The translations under genes and the position numbers were made by a program. Shown piece after piece: positions 49,316 through 62,720 of a DNA stretch of 64,000 nt (its first letter is position 1; each line of letters begins with the position of its first letter). Source of the DNA: Octopus vulgaris. Taxonomy: Eukaryota. The stretch is taken from positions 33,914,001 to 33,978,000 of the forward strand of contig OX597815.1 of the NCBI GenBank assembly GCA_951406725.2, written 5' to 3'. The notes beneath the pieces were generated by a model that saw nothing but the letters and a program-made list of their open reading frames with translations, did no database searches and had not been told where the DNA came from.

Positions 49316-50628
49316 AAGTAATCATCATCGTTAATTCCATGTTGATCACATGATAGATGCATGTGTTTGAGGTTTAATGACATCGGGTGTGCTCTGAAGG
49401 ACTGTAAAATGAAAAAAAAAATGTCAGCTATTTTAGTTTTTGGTATTGCTTTCAATATTTCTTTCACAAAAAGAATAACATTTACATGCATTTACCAAGA
49501 TTTTAATAATTTCTCTCACCAAATCCAGATATTATTGTTATTATTGTTGATGATATTATTATTATTATTATTTCTGGAGAGTGCTATGGCAAAGTGGATA
49601 AGATGCGAGTTTCCTGTATCAGCTAATGTGTCCATAGTCCTGTACAGGTGAGGCATTGTGCAATGAGTAAGATGATTCTTGTCTGCTTTGCAAAACTTTG
49701 CACTTAATTAGATGCTATTATTAATTACAAAGGCAGATGATGACAATCAGGAGAGTGCCAGACAAAATGCCTTGTGGTGTTTAGTTGTTTTTAAGTTCAA
49801 GTTTGCCGGGGTCAGCTTTACCTTTCATCCTTCTGAGGTTGATAAAGAGAGTACCAGTTGAGTACTGGGGCAATATAATAAGCTGTTCTTGCTCCCAAAT
49901 TTCTGGCCATGTACCTATTTAAGAAATTATTTTTATTATGAAAAATGGCAAGGGTGGTAGATGACATTATCTATAGAGAACCAGACAAAATGCTGTCAAG
50001 TATTATCCACTTATACGACTTGACAGAGTTCAAATCCCGCCTGAGTCAACTTTGCCTTTAATCACTCCAGGGTCTATAAAATAAGTAATAAATACGTACT
50101 GGGGTTGATTTAATCATATATATTCTCCTCCGTTTGAATTTGTGGCCTTTGTGTCAATGTGAGGAACGATTATTTCAAACCGTTGAAAGACTCTGTTAGT
50201 ACTTTATTACATTTAAGTAGAACGCCTGTTATGAAATAGTGTTGTTCTACTTTGAGGATGTAGATATTTTTCTCATATTTAACAGTTACAAAGTAAATAA
50301 ATGATGTTGATAAATATTTATGTAAGCTGATTACACTGTATAGAAAATGGAAGAGGAAAAACAAAACAAAACAAAACAAAACAGAAGACAAAAGATACAA
50401 AACAAGCACATTAAATAAAAAATAAGCCTTTTAGAATTTGTTATAGCAAGAAAACGAGGGATTATTGAAATAAAACTTTTGGAATTATAAATTGTTTTAT
50501 TCATTCATTTATTTATTTACTTTTTTTTTTACTTGTTCCACCTAGTGGGCTGTGGCCATATTGGAGCGTTGATATGTTTTGGTGGTGGTGGTGGGGTTTC
50601 CTTGCATATGTGTTTGTTCATGAATGTA

Positions 50629-50829
50629 GGCGCAGGTGTGGCTGTGTGGTAAGTAGCTTGCTAACCAACCACATGGTTTCGGGTTCAGTCCCACTGTGTG
50701 GCATCTTGGGCAAGTGTCTTCTGCTATAGCCCCGGGCCGACCAATGCCTTGTGAGTGGATTTGGTAGACAGAAACTGAAAGAAGCCTGTCGTATATAAGT
50801 ATATATATATATATATATGTGTGTGTGTA

Positions 50830-50860
<31 letters not shown>

Positions 50861-51050
50861 GTTTGTCCCTAGCATTGCTTGACAACCGATGCTGGTGTGT
50901 TTACGTCCCCGTCACTTAGCGGTTCGGCAAAAGAGACTGATGGAATAAGTACTGGGCTTACAAAGAATAAGTCCCGGGGGTCGATTTGCTCGACTAAAGG
51001 CGGTGCTCCAGCATGGCCGCAGTCAAATGACTGAAACAAGTAAAAGAGTA
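50629..51050 (+). mobile_element. SINE family B, full length
   Basis: ggcgcaggtgtggctgtgtggtaag...ctgaaacaagtaaaagagta. Confidence 0.9.
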
Positions 51051-51084
51051 GTACTGAAGACGTTATGAATATGTCATTTCATTA

Positions 51085-51468
51085 TACTCTTTACTCTTTT
51101 ACTTGTTTCAGTCATTTGACTGTGGCCATGCTGGAGCACCACCTTTAATCGAGCAAATCGACCCCGGGACTTATTCTTTGTAAGCCCAGTACTTATTCTA
51201 TCGGTCTCTTTTGCCGAACTGCTAAGTGACAGGGACATAAACACACCAGCATCAGCTGTCAAGCAATACTAGGGGGACAAACACAGACACACAAACACAC
51301 ACGCACATATATATATATAAATATACATATATACGACGGGCTTCTTTCAGTTTCCGTCTACCATTCACAAGGCTTTGGTCGGCCCGAGGCTATAGTAGAA
51401 GACACTTGCCAAAGGTGCCACGCAGTGGGACTGAACCCGGAACCATGTGGTTGGTAAGCAAGCTACTT
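51085..51468 (-). mobile_element. SINE family B, inverted, missing ~20 nt of its 5' head
   Basis: reverse complement of the 50629 copy. Confidence 0.9.
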
Positions 51469-51649
51469 GTTTTGATTATGAGGTGGTGATGTGGTTGTTC
51501 TAGTTGTTGTTTTCTGTTGGGAGCTCTGAGTTTTGGTCATCTTCCTACTTCTGTGATCTCTGCCAAGGAAGAGACTCAGAGTACAGTCGTTGCTCATTGA
51601 ACAAAGTATTATGTTAGTGTTTGTAGCGGTGCCAGCCTTGTTTTTGCTT

Positions 51650-52260
51650 CTGTTTTGTATGTTATCCAGTGATACATTTACTACTACATATACCAAGGAT
51701 ACAGTCGTCTAAAAGAATTCTTGCATACATATACAGTGCACAGCTACAATGTGCAATGTTAAATTCCCCTATTTCTCGTTGCAACCTCATGTATTTAGCA
51801 TCGTCAAAACCACCCTGAAGGTTAAGATTCCTTTTCAGGTTCTGCAAATTCTCCAGCTCTGCCCAGTTGGTGACCATCTTTCTGCTCTCGTGCAAATATC
51901 CTAGACTACATCCATTGAATGCTATTTAGCCGCTTAGTAAAGACCCACACCAACCTCTAGTTCACGTATGCGGTGTATCTACTTTATGTCTTTTCTACTG
52001 CTACTAATAATGGCTTCCCTCTATCCTGCTGAAATAGCTATGTGTGTACACCTTCCATTCAAGATTGGGTGCACTGATCTCCCTCTTAAAGTATCGCCTA
52101 CTCTCCAAATCCGGTAGTAGACACTGCATAACCCTTTCTAACTCAGAACTGTGACCTCCAGAATTTCTTCCCTGCCCATGTGGTTTTTTCCCCCTCTAGA
52201 TGTCAATCTACTAGGCTCAAACCAAATTTCGAGTTCATCAAACTTAGGTCATAGATATTG
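51650..52260 (-). mobile_element. Possible degenerate L1/Tx1-like LINE remnant (endonuclease end/linker)
   Basis: Decayed motifs TW...SELERVM...VYTH resemble TW/SxLDR/YTDH; weak. Confidence 0.4.
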
Positions 52261-52997
52261 ATTATTCTGTAACTAACAGATAAAAATAAATCGGAAAAAA
52301 TAACCATTTTTTTTTTCAAGCTGTTGATAATTCTGCAAGTAAATTTTAAACGAGAAACTTTATATTTTCAAAATAGATGTTTTTGGGTGTCAGCAAAGCT
52401 CTTAGAGGAATTAATTTTTATTTTCCTTTTTTTTCATAGCAGTTGTGCATACATATCTCTGAGAGATATTAACTTTAGTGAAATTACTAGATTTATTTTA
52501 ACCCTGATCGTAGTCTTAGTTCGTAAGAAGCTTAAGTTTACGATTCATCAAATCCTTCAACCAGAGACAAACCCATGTATTTATAAAGAGAAAGGTGTAT
52601 TTTGTATAATCAAAACTTTCTTCAAGATATTAACGTTTAATAGCTTTAAGTGGAAATAAACTATCAAGACTGTTTTAACTTCTATTCAATGGCGATTGTT
52701 GGATTTTTCTGTAAGAGAGTGAGTGTGTGTGTGAACTTTTGTTAAACTGTCTCCTGTTAAGCTGGTTATCAAATAGATGTGTTAAGAAACGAAGCTCACC
52801 CATAATGTCGGCGGATTGAAAGACGCGATGTTTCGACCGTATTTATTATACACATCGTTATTTTAATCTGTTGCTTTGGCAAGGTACTTACATTGATTTA
52901 TTTTTAATCTGGTCAGCTTTAGCTAAAATCCGTGAATATCTTGCTCAGCGGTTTCTATATTACATAGAATTGGTTTCGCTCAGAAGTACAGTTATGT

Positions 52998-53043
52998 TCG
53001 TCACTGAGGTGACTAAATGAGTTCGAAACACTGTGTCTGACGA
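52998..53043 (+). ncRNA. Degenerate minimal type-I hammerhead ribozyme motif (Penelope-like)
   Basis: TCGTCA-CTGAGGT-GACTAAATGAGTTC-GAA-ACACTGTGT-C-TGACGA: 6-bp stem I, GAAA, palindromic stem III, GUC cleavage triplet; A9 replaced by T. Confidence 0.55.
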
Positions 53044-53374
53044 TCCGCTGACGTTGAGAAGGAGTTCGTGATTTTTATCGCAGAAGTCATTTTGAAAAGT
53101 TTCTCTGAGACAAGATATTACTACCAGTGCCGTTCTACGTATACATTATGTTACGTTGTTTTAAGTGATATTGGTCATTACTGCCCTGACATACCCAAGC
53201 TTTTAAGAATAAAGCGTTTCACTAAGATTTTTGAACTTTGTACGAACGCAGACAAGATGCACCATTTGAAATTAGTTGTGTAAGGAGGTCTGTACGACCG
53301 AGTATTCTGAGAGGCTTAATGCGTCAGCTACCAGTGCATTTCAAGAAATCGAAGTTCAGCATGTATATGTTTAA

Positions 53375-53585
53375 CCCTTTGCCTGTCCAAAGTAGTACCA
53401 TAAGTTTGCTTTAAACTTTTAGTTAGTCCTTATTTCATACGTTCTGGGGGTATTTTAGAGCTTTCTTTTAATAAATTCCAAGATACCCTGGCGGCTGATA
53501 AAAATAGGTAATGTGTATCATTTCTGATACATGGACGCCAGGGGAATGTGTCCCATGTATCACATGTGGCACACAGGACAAAGGG
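53375..53585. mobile_element. Second TTAA-flanked MITE family
   Basis: TTAA-CCCTTTG(-)CCTGT ... ACAGGACAAAGGG-TTAA. Confidence 0.82.
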
Positions 53586-54033
53586 TTAAAAACTGTTTTT
53601 TCTCACATTTTATTCTCTTAGTGCATAAATACCAGGAAAATGTCCTCAAACTTTCTAGTGATGAACCAAAAGGCGCTGCTAATTTGGGACAACGCATCTT
53701 TCATCCGTATGATTGACAGCAATAACAACGGTAGAAAGTGCATGCTCTTTCTGCCCACTACCAGTACTTCTATTCTCAGAGCAAGGTATAACTGTAGTAA
53801 CAGAATAAGATATAATTGCAGCATTCAAAAGATATTAAGATAACTTAACGATCTTGAAGAAGGCATGAGAGCAAAGGGCTCTATTATTGAAAACTACAAC
53901 TCGTGGCCTGAAATATTCAATTTGCATGGACAAAACTTCTGTATAGTGCGGAGGTAGAATATGATTTTGAAGCATTCGAAGCAAGGGATATTCATTCTTA
54001 CACTGAAGAATGCAAGTGAAGCATATCACAGAA

Positions 54034-54092
<59 letters not shown>

Positions 54093-54093
<1 letters not shown>

Positions 54094-55073
54094 CAGCTTA
54101 ATCAACAGTGCAAAAGTGGAAGCTGAATTTAGGAAGGAAAGAGAGGGTCTTGAAGATGACTCAAGATCTAGATGTCCTTCAACTGCCACCACTGAGGAAA
54201 ACATTGTGTTCACCACATGCTGATGCACGACAGGCGATTGACTATAAATCAAACAGCCAATGCTATTAGCATATCACGTGAGAGAGTTGAGAATATTCTG
54301 CGTAACGAACTTAGTATGACGTAGATTTCTGCTCGGTGAGTGCCACGTCTTGTGACACCTGATCGGAAACGCAGCCGGATGATTACATTACGGGAAAATC
54401 TGACATTGTTTTAGGTGCATCCAGCTGGTTTCCTTAAACGTTTCCCAAACCGGAATGAGTGTTGGCTTCATCACTTTGAGCCAGGGACAAAGAGACATTC
54501 CATGCAATGAGAACACCCCTCGTTACCTGCTCCAAAGAAGGCCAAGGTCGTTTCATTGTAGGTAAGGTGATCGCCTCAGGTTTTTGGGATATAAAAGGCA
54601 TTTAAAAGGGCTGCATCATCAATAGTACTATGCCAGCTTGCTGAGGCAGTTATGAAAGGCTATCAAGACCAAGCGCTCAGGAAAACTGACGAAAGCAGTC
54701 TTGTTTCATTAGGACAATGCTCCAGCAAAGATGTCCTTACTTTCAACTGCTACTGTGCGTAACTGGTTTTGAACCGGTTGATCACACTCACGATTCTACT
54801 GGTTTAGCCCCGTTTGATTATCATCTGTTTTCCAACATGAAAAAACGCTTGGCTGGGAACCTGTATTGCTGTGATGATGACGTCATACTAGCTGTTGATG
54901 ATTTCTTTTTTCTTTGGCGAACAGGATGAACTCTTCTTCATCATTGGGATCCAAGCACTGCAATGCCGATGGAAGAAGTGTGTGGACCGCAAGGGGGATC
55001 ATGCTGAAAAATAAAACTCATTTCGTCACATTTCATGGGAGTATCTCGGTCAGCCTATGAATCTTTCAGCCGA

Positions 55074-55078
<5 letters not shown>
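54093..55078 (+). mobile_element. Degenerate, 5'-truncated mariner transposon
   Basis: Decayed EDDSRS, LHHFEPGTK, PKKAK, STGLAPFDYHLFSNMKKRLAG, RWKKCVDRKGDHAEK*; right-TIR-like cagcctatgaatctttcagccgac. Confidence 0.85.
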
Positions 55079-55104
<26 letters not shown>

Positions 55105-58100
55105 ATACATACATGCATGGCAGTATATCTCTGCAGCAGGCCTTGTTCAAACAATGACAAAACATCGATGTCTGTCGCTCCGAAAAAAGGAACCTGATGT
55201 GAGTTGTCTCGCTTGCCTATGATTTACTTTCAGGTGTTTTTAATACCAGCCGCGTTGAGAATGTATTCTTTTATGACTAAAACGCAACCACGAACTCACA
55301 ACACACACCTTGTGTTTGTGTGTTCGATTTTGTTTATATATATATATATTGATGAGGTTGAAACAGACTGAATGTGTGGCAATTAGCAGTTTCTTTGATT
55401 TCTTCTGCCGAGAAACCTGGAATAAAATTTGAGAAAGTAAAAAGCTAAAGAAATGGAATAATGAAAAGGTATAAAAACACAACGAAATTTCAGTATTTTA
55501 TCAGTACGGCTTGATTAGTTTAATTAATCAAAGGATCGATAATTGTTTATGAGAAATTGATGGATGTTAGTAAAGCAATCGATTGCAATTTCTGCGAATG
55601 ACATCAAGAGTGGATGTTGTCAACTCACTCATTTCGTAGATCGATACGTGCAATCAAATTCACATCGTCTGATTATTGATTCATTTTAATAATCAATAAC
55701 CGATAAGAGATACTTTTATTTATATATGCATATATTTTTTTTTTACTTTGGTTTAAAATCGGTAAATTCAGACATTGCTTTGATAATTTAAAGCTTGTTT
55801 AAAATCAATATTATAAAAGAAAAAAATCCTAATCAATATATAGAGATTATCGAAAATAATAGCATTTTGTTACAAAATGTTATTGCGCTAATTTTTTTTT
55901 CCTTTTAATCTTTTTGCTCTCATCCATATTGGTGTTCACCCAAGGTTATTCCGTAGCTATCAATTTTATTTTATAGAATACTGTTAAATAAACAATGTTT
56001 AAACTGAGAACGGATATTAATTTCAATAGAAGACTATGTTTTCATATATGAAATTTATTCATTAATCTGCTGTAATATATCGCCCATTGCTTACTGTCTT
56101 TATGAATCACTTTTATACATACATGGAATCTCTTATAATAATCCATTTACAAATGTTTACTTTGATGAAAAAAAAAACAAAAAACAAAAAAAAAAACAGG
56201 TCCATCCGGTGGTGGTTGCTAACAACATTTCCTCACTAAATTTTTGTTTAAATTTCAAATGTTTGTTCCGTAGTAACACAAAATCTATATTTGTATATCG
56301 AATTATGGAATTTATATACTTCATAGCTGCAAGTTATTGTTCATAGCTATCGTAATTTCATTAGCTTCTTGATAAAATGTATGTAGTTAGCCCTACAGAC
56401 CTGAACCTCAGTAAACCATCAAATCGGTTATTAGGTTTTAGAACCTTTTATTTCATGCACAAGTATCGAAGTTCGAAAATAATGCAGAAACGGTTTCAGC
56501 TAAGGGTTGGAAATGCGTCGAAGTTTTTTGTTTTGATGGAAGTTTACATCTAATTGTACCATACTCATCATGGAACCATTTAGTGCGAGTGAATCAGTAA
56601 CATAGCACTGATATTGTTTATAGTCTGGGAGGTTAGAAGACAGGTCACTGGTTTATAAAACGTTGGCTGACGGGTAGTATATTACTGTACAACAATTGAC
56701 TATATCTCTCTGAAGCTCTGTTCGAAGAACTCACTAAGAAGAACGTGATATAAAACTGACACATGCAAAGGATGATTTATGTCCTGCAGAGATGGAAACA
56801 AGAGTTCTGAGAAAGGATGCACCTATAAATTATCAATAAAGTTGTGCAATTAAATGTTTGATTAATGAAACAGAGTGAAAGGTGGGGTATCGGAATAGAA
56901 CCGTATAACTGAAGTTAATCAAAGTTGAGATTTTGATACGTGACCGCTGATGTTTGTCGTTAGAATGCACCGAGACTTACCTGGCAAAGGGTCGACATTC
57001 ATGTCCAGTTACCCTGACTTCGCGTTCTTGAAAAGCTACTTTATTTATGAGGCACCAGTTCATAAGATGCACATCCATTTTGGCACGCCCTTTCTTGAAG
57101 TAAAATTTTAAAAAAATTGCTTTCCCTTGACATTCGTATTTCTCCTTAGGATATCTATGGAGTGATTTCAACTAGTACAGTGCTCAGGACCCTGAGAGCA
57201 AAAGAAAGATTTATGAATATCTGACGGGATTTTCCCAATAAAAACCTCATACCTCTTTGAACTTTTTGCAGATTCGACTGCTGGGAACTCAAAAGCGTCT
57301 TATTCAGCCTTGCAAGATTTTTATCGGAGGTCCTGACTCTCCTCATAATTTAAAATTTTTGTGTTCACATCCCTGTAAAATCCCACTAATTACCACAAAA
57401 AAATCCTAATCCATTCTTTGTTATTTTATAACTAAAATACTATGTCTTTCTGTTAAATTCTAAAATATTTGTGAATTTAGATTGATTTCACAAAACAACT
57501 ATAATGTATTGTTTATTTATCGACATATTTAGTGTTTTGTAGAACTTGACATTGTTACATAAATATATTTATTACAGCATTTTCATCAAAAATACTCTAC
57601 AAGTAAGTAGCGATAAAATCTGAAATATAAAGTTGCTTAATGTCTTCTATGAAATCGAAAACGACGTTAGAATTTCATTTGTAGTTGAAAAATATTAACC
57701 ACTATAAAATCTTATCTTAAGGTAGTACACTCTGGAAATAGTTATCCTGCTACACTAAGAATTTTCTCTCCCTTCTCTCCTGATTGCTAAACTACTAAAT
57801 GTTCTATAAAGTAAAAGAAATGCACATATTCCATCAATTTTTCCCAGGCTGTAATTATCTCCCATTCGTAAGAAATGTCTCATTTCATAAAATATTTAAT
57901 TAATATACCTCGGGTTACATCATGTTGAGTATTTCTAAAAAGAATGAAATAGTACTATACTTGATTACCACCGAGTAGAAATTTTAAGAATTTCGTAATA
58001 AGTAAGCAAAAAAGTAAAAAAAAAAAAAAAAAAATGTCACAAAAGGGAGAAGTTATTCTCCTAAGACGTACACGACAACGACCGGCATATTTTGCGTCTG

Positions 58101-59666
58101 AATTTGCCTAGATGTATTAAGAATATGCGAATAGTCATTCGTGTGTAAATGACAAAATACCGGAACTTTAATTACACAATTAGTTATATTTATGTTTAAT
58201 ATATAATACATGAATATTGTTATTCTAAATAAGTTGAACATCTTATTCACAAGAAATGATATAAAAAAAAAATTCTTGCATTCGGAACGTATCTTTTTCA
58301 TAAAGACGATTTCTCCAAGACCATAATTTAGAAACTGAGAGAATCTCTTGGATTTTATACAATATAAAACAAATCCAATTTGCAACTCAATTCAGCTCGA
58401 AATATCGGCGATCGAATCAATTACTACAGATGGAATGAATTAAGATGAGAAATGAAATCACTCTACAAAAGGATTATTCAAGTTTTTGAGGACAGGCAAA
58501 ATATATAATCGCATTTAAGAAAAAATCCTTTAATATTTACGCAGTAAAATATATCTATTCATTTTCTACATCCTACTCGCAGTAGCATAATAAAAAAAGA
58601 ATAAAAATGATGATTGTAAAATAATAAAAACGTACACATTGAAAATATTTAATCTGGGTATTACAGGTAAAGATATATAAATGACGAAATAATAGAACTT
58701 AAGTTTATTTGAAATACTATATAATTGTTACCTCCCTGCCCAAACTCCTATTCATTTAGAACGTCACATAACAATATAGTCTTTGTAAACGTGATTCTTC
58801 TCATTGTGCCTTGGTTTTCATCATTATTGGATTATGCTACCTCAAATTTTACATTGTCAAATAACTAAAAATGCAATAACGACACAAAGCCTCTCACTTC
58901 TCTTCCTTCCTTTCTTTTCCTTCTTCCACTTCTATCTTTCTCTACTCACCATTATTAACACCAACGTTATCGTTCCGTCGCCGCCACCACCACAATCAAC
59001 AATTTGTCTTACTATTTGAGTTACTTCCCTTAGAGTGGCGCATTTTTGCGAAGGTAGGAACACTGGTATTAATATAGAAATGGTAAGGGGGAGATGAGCT
59101 GGTAGAATCATTAGACCGTTGGAAAAATGCTTCCTGTTATTTTTTCTGGCTCTTCACATCATGAGTTCAAATCACGTCGAAGCCATCGTTACCTTTCATC
59201 CCTCCGGGATTGATAATATAATGTACCTGTCAAGTACTGGGGCTGTGGTATCGACTTAGTTCTTTCCTTCAAAACTTGCCAGAGCTATTCTTTTAATTAT
59301 GGCAAAACTTCTCTAATTTTGTTCAGGACACCAAGTTTATATACAACAGAATTCTGTTTTTCTTTTTCACATGTGCATTTACATGCGATTTATACATATA
59401 AACTATTGATATGCATTGTTAGCTTCGGAAATACTAACTCAGAAACACTTTTATAAGAGAAATGTTTACATTTTATTTCAAAGGCAGAAACTACAACGCC
59501 TGAACCATCGCTTGTCTTTAATCAAAATCTAACTTTGTGCTTATGATGCAGGCTGATTTTTATGAGACACATAAGCGTGCCTTATGACTATCCAAAAACA
59601 GTAGGTTAGCTTGTACAGGTTTATATAGATAAGCGGCATACAAAGAAATCACTGCAGTAATCAATG

Positions 59667-60661
59667 TGTAGCGGACTCTCTCTCTACTATATATATACAT
59701 GAATACGGACGTAGTAGATAACAGCTAACCTTCGGTTACCCTTTTGGACTCTGTTCTGTCCATTACTCTGATTGGTTTGTATTGGCGCAGTTTGTCTCTT
59801 GCTCCGTTGCGTGCCAATATCCAACTCAACCAATCGCAGCCTCCTGATAAGGTCACGTGAGACAGTCCCTTCCAAACATCCGGTGAGCCGATAGTACAGT
59901 ATAAAATGCTAACTTCAACACCGTCTTTCGACTTTCAGTTCTTGACCTTCTGAGGTCTAACCACGGACCACAGAGCACACAGCCAATTCCAGCGACAACA
60001 CCACCGCAGCCACATGAAGACGCAGCAACATTCGTCCAACAGCATACGGCAGTCTCTTTCTCTCTCGCCTCCGTCTTAACGTCGTCAACAACATCTCCCT
60101 ACGTACACAGCAACAAACAACCCTCGCACAGGTTCTATCTCAACACTGTTTGTGAATTACTTCACCATGGCTAACAGCAACACAACCTCCGAGAACCTTC
60201 TGTACCTAGTAACTGACTCTGCATAGTAGCCACAGCTTCCTGCACGATATGTGCCTCAATCGGTTCTGCCTTGCAGCCTCAACTTCTTGTTACGGCACTA
60301 CAACTATCGTGTACCTTGGCTACGAATTGGTATTTATAATCCTTGTGTCTGAACATTCTTCTAACATCCTATTATAGACTCTCCCAATGCTCTGTACTTA
60401 TCACACACGCATACACCCATGTTTGTACACATACACTTTGTATACAAGACGGCCTGTCTATTATTATGTATATATGACGCACACACAGACACACATACTA
60501 ACCTATCAATAAAATCTTTCTCTTAAACATTCTACCGGTTGTGTCTCTCTTTTCCTTCTGGCACCTATACTCATTCATACTTTTTGTATTTATTATAATT
60601 GACCGTGAGGTGTACTAAAGGAGCCGTTCTCGTCACCTCTCCTTCGCCCGGTCGTTCTACA
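59667..60661 (+). mobile_element. Solo LTR (995 bp), probably Ty3/Gypsy-type
   Basis: TGTAG...CTACA termini; 4-bp TSD AATG (59663-66, 60662-65); TATAAAA at 59900; AATAAA at 60508. Confidence 0.88.
59771..59906 (+). promoter_or_regulatory. LTR U3 promoter: four CCAAT/ATTGG boxes, GATA site, E-box GTCACGTGA, TATA box
   Basis: ATTGG 59771 and 59781; CCAAT 59814 and 59830; TGATAA 59845; GGTCACGTGA 59851; TATAAAA 59900. Confidence 0.65.
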
Positions 60662-62720
60662 AATGCCTACACTGGACTCTCTTCACTGACTGATTTCGAC
60701 GTATGAGCATCCGATCGTTCAGTCAACTGGATAATCTTCTCATTGAATTAGCATAAGAAGTGGCTGAGTATTCCGAAGAAATGTGTTACCTTAACGTTAT
60801 TGTCAGGTAGAATCAGTGTGACATAAGAACGACAAGGCTGGGTGTTTAAATTATACATACACTCCATCCAACAGATTTCTATACAGTTTCCATCTATCCG
60901 GATTCACTCACAAGGCTTGTATCAACCCGAGGCCATAAATGCCTCTATGTAGGACTGAACCTGGGTCCTCATGCATGCGAAGCAAATTTCTTAACCACTC
61001 AGCCATACTTGCATGTCCAATCAATGACGCAACCCTTTTCTATTGGATTCTAAATAGATAGCTATAATATTTAATTGGTTTTATACTAAAGACAGTATTA
61101 CATGGAAGTGCAAGTGGAATCTTCTTTTCCCTAGTCTAGTTAATTAAGCAGCACCTTAGGCTCTTATTAATTGATTAAAGCAAGTTATATTGTCACACAA
61201 TATTAATAAAATATTACGCATTTCTTTAAAACATCATTACTCGAGCCAACGACGGCGACTGTGCATGGTCACTGAGCCTGCTAGAAATAGCAGCCATATT
61301 CCATCATATTGGCTGATGTAGTCCTCGACATACAAGAAAATGGTAAGAATGATTTTAATCATGGGTCTACTCCATGAAAGTTGACCTATGTCTAAACAAC
61401 AACAACAAACACACAATTATTATTACTTATCTGCAGCCTTGTGTCCAAATGTGAAGCAAATATTATTCGTCTGCAAGGTGGTAAGCTGGCTGAGTTGTTA
61501 GAGCGACAGAGAAAATGCCTAGCCATATTTCTTCTGGCTTATTACGTTCTTTGTTCAAATTTCGTAGGGATCAACTTTGCATTTCATCCGGCCGGTAACG
61601 AAAAATAAGAGTACCAGTCAAGTACTGGGGTCGATATTATCGATTAATGTTCACTTTCCAAAAAATTGCAGGCGTTGACCTAAGTTAGAAACCATTATTA
61701 CTCATCTGCCAGCAAAGAACGTTTAAATACGTCACATACATTATGAATGTTCAGCTTTGCTCTTCAGTCATCTTTTGAGCAATGTCCACATCCTCGAGAT
61801 ATAAAGAAACAAAAATGCATCGATGAAATAGTGTCTTTTTATGGGATGGGAGGAGGTGAAATTTGTTAACAAAAGTTAATGATCCTCAGAAGCTGAACGC
61901 TGTTTCCTTTTTAGTTTCCTTCCACAGATCTCTCATCCTCTGGTTGAGATGTGGCCACGCTTCCGATTCTTCAACAAATCCTTGAAATTCCGAATTTACC
62001 GAACGCCCAACCCCATTTAAACAGACCCGTCATATCTGGCTGTTTTTATGGCATCTGCATTTTCTAGACCAACACATCAAAACACGAACACTGGTTTTGT
62101 AAGGGTTATTTGTGACGATTTATATTTACCGTAGTAGCACCCAAAAGCAAAAAGCAAAAACAAAAAAAAAAAGAAAAATCATAAATACACAAATACTACT
62201 AAATTTGTACATTTGTGCAACCATATTTGAACGTGCGCGCACACATACACCCACGCAAATTAATTTTGATATGGATCAGATAAAATGTTACTGGTTGAAC
62301 ATATCAAATGATCTTACTTCCCGTCTTTTTGAATCACGTGCTCCATGGTTCGCCTTATGAATATTAATTCAAGGTGCCTTATGAATATTAATTTAGATTT
62401 ACAATCCGAAATGAATATGTGCTCATTACTCATTACTACATATAAATTGGAAAATATATTCATTTTCAGATGAGTGAATGATGTTATAATTCACTTTCAA
62501 TATGGCTCGAAGCAAATTAAGTCATGAACTAATTTTTAGATTAGAAACTGATTAATTAATATTTCTTTGATGATTGGTTTATATAAAACTCTAATCCGAT
62601 TATTTTTATTACATGCCATCTCAGTAGTTACCCCATCTCACACAAATCGAATGAGAAACAGCGGACAGAAAGATTCCATGATGCTGCACAGATAAGTATC
62701 AACTTCTCAAGATGATGGTT

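Noticed and set aside
52815-52860. Second hammerhead half (CGGTCGAAACATCGCGTC on the minus strand)
   Set aside because: No CUGANGA core or stem I.
56974-56990. ACTTACCTGGCA resembling the U1 snRNA 5' end
   Set aside because: Similarity stops after 12 nt with no U1 stem-loops or Sm site; it is simply the complement of a splice donor.
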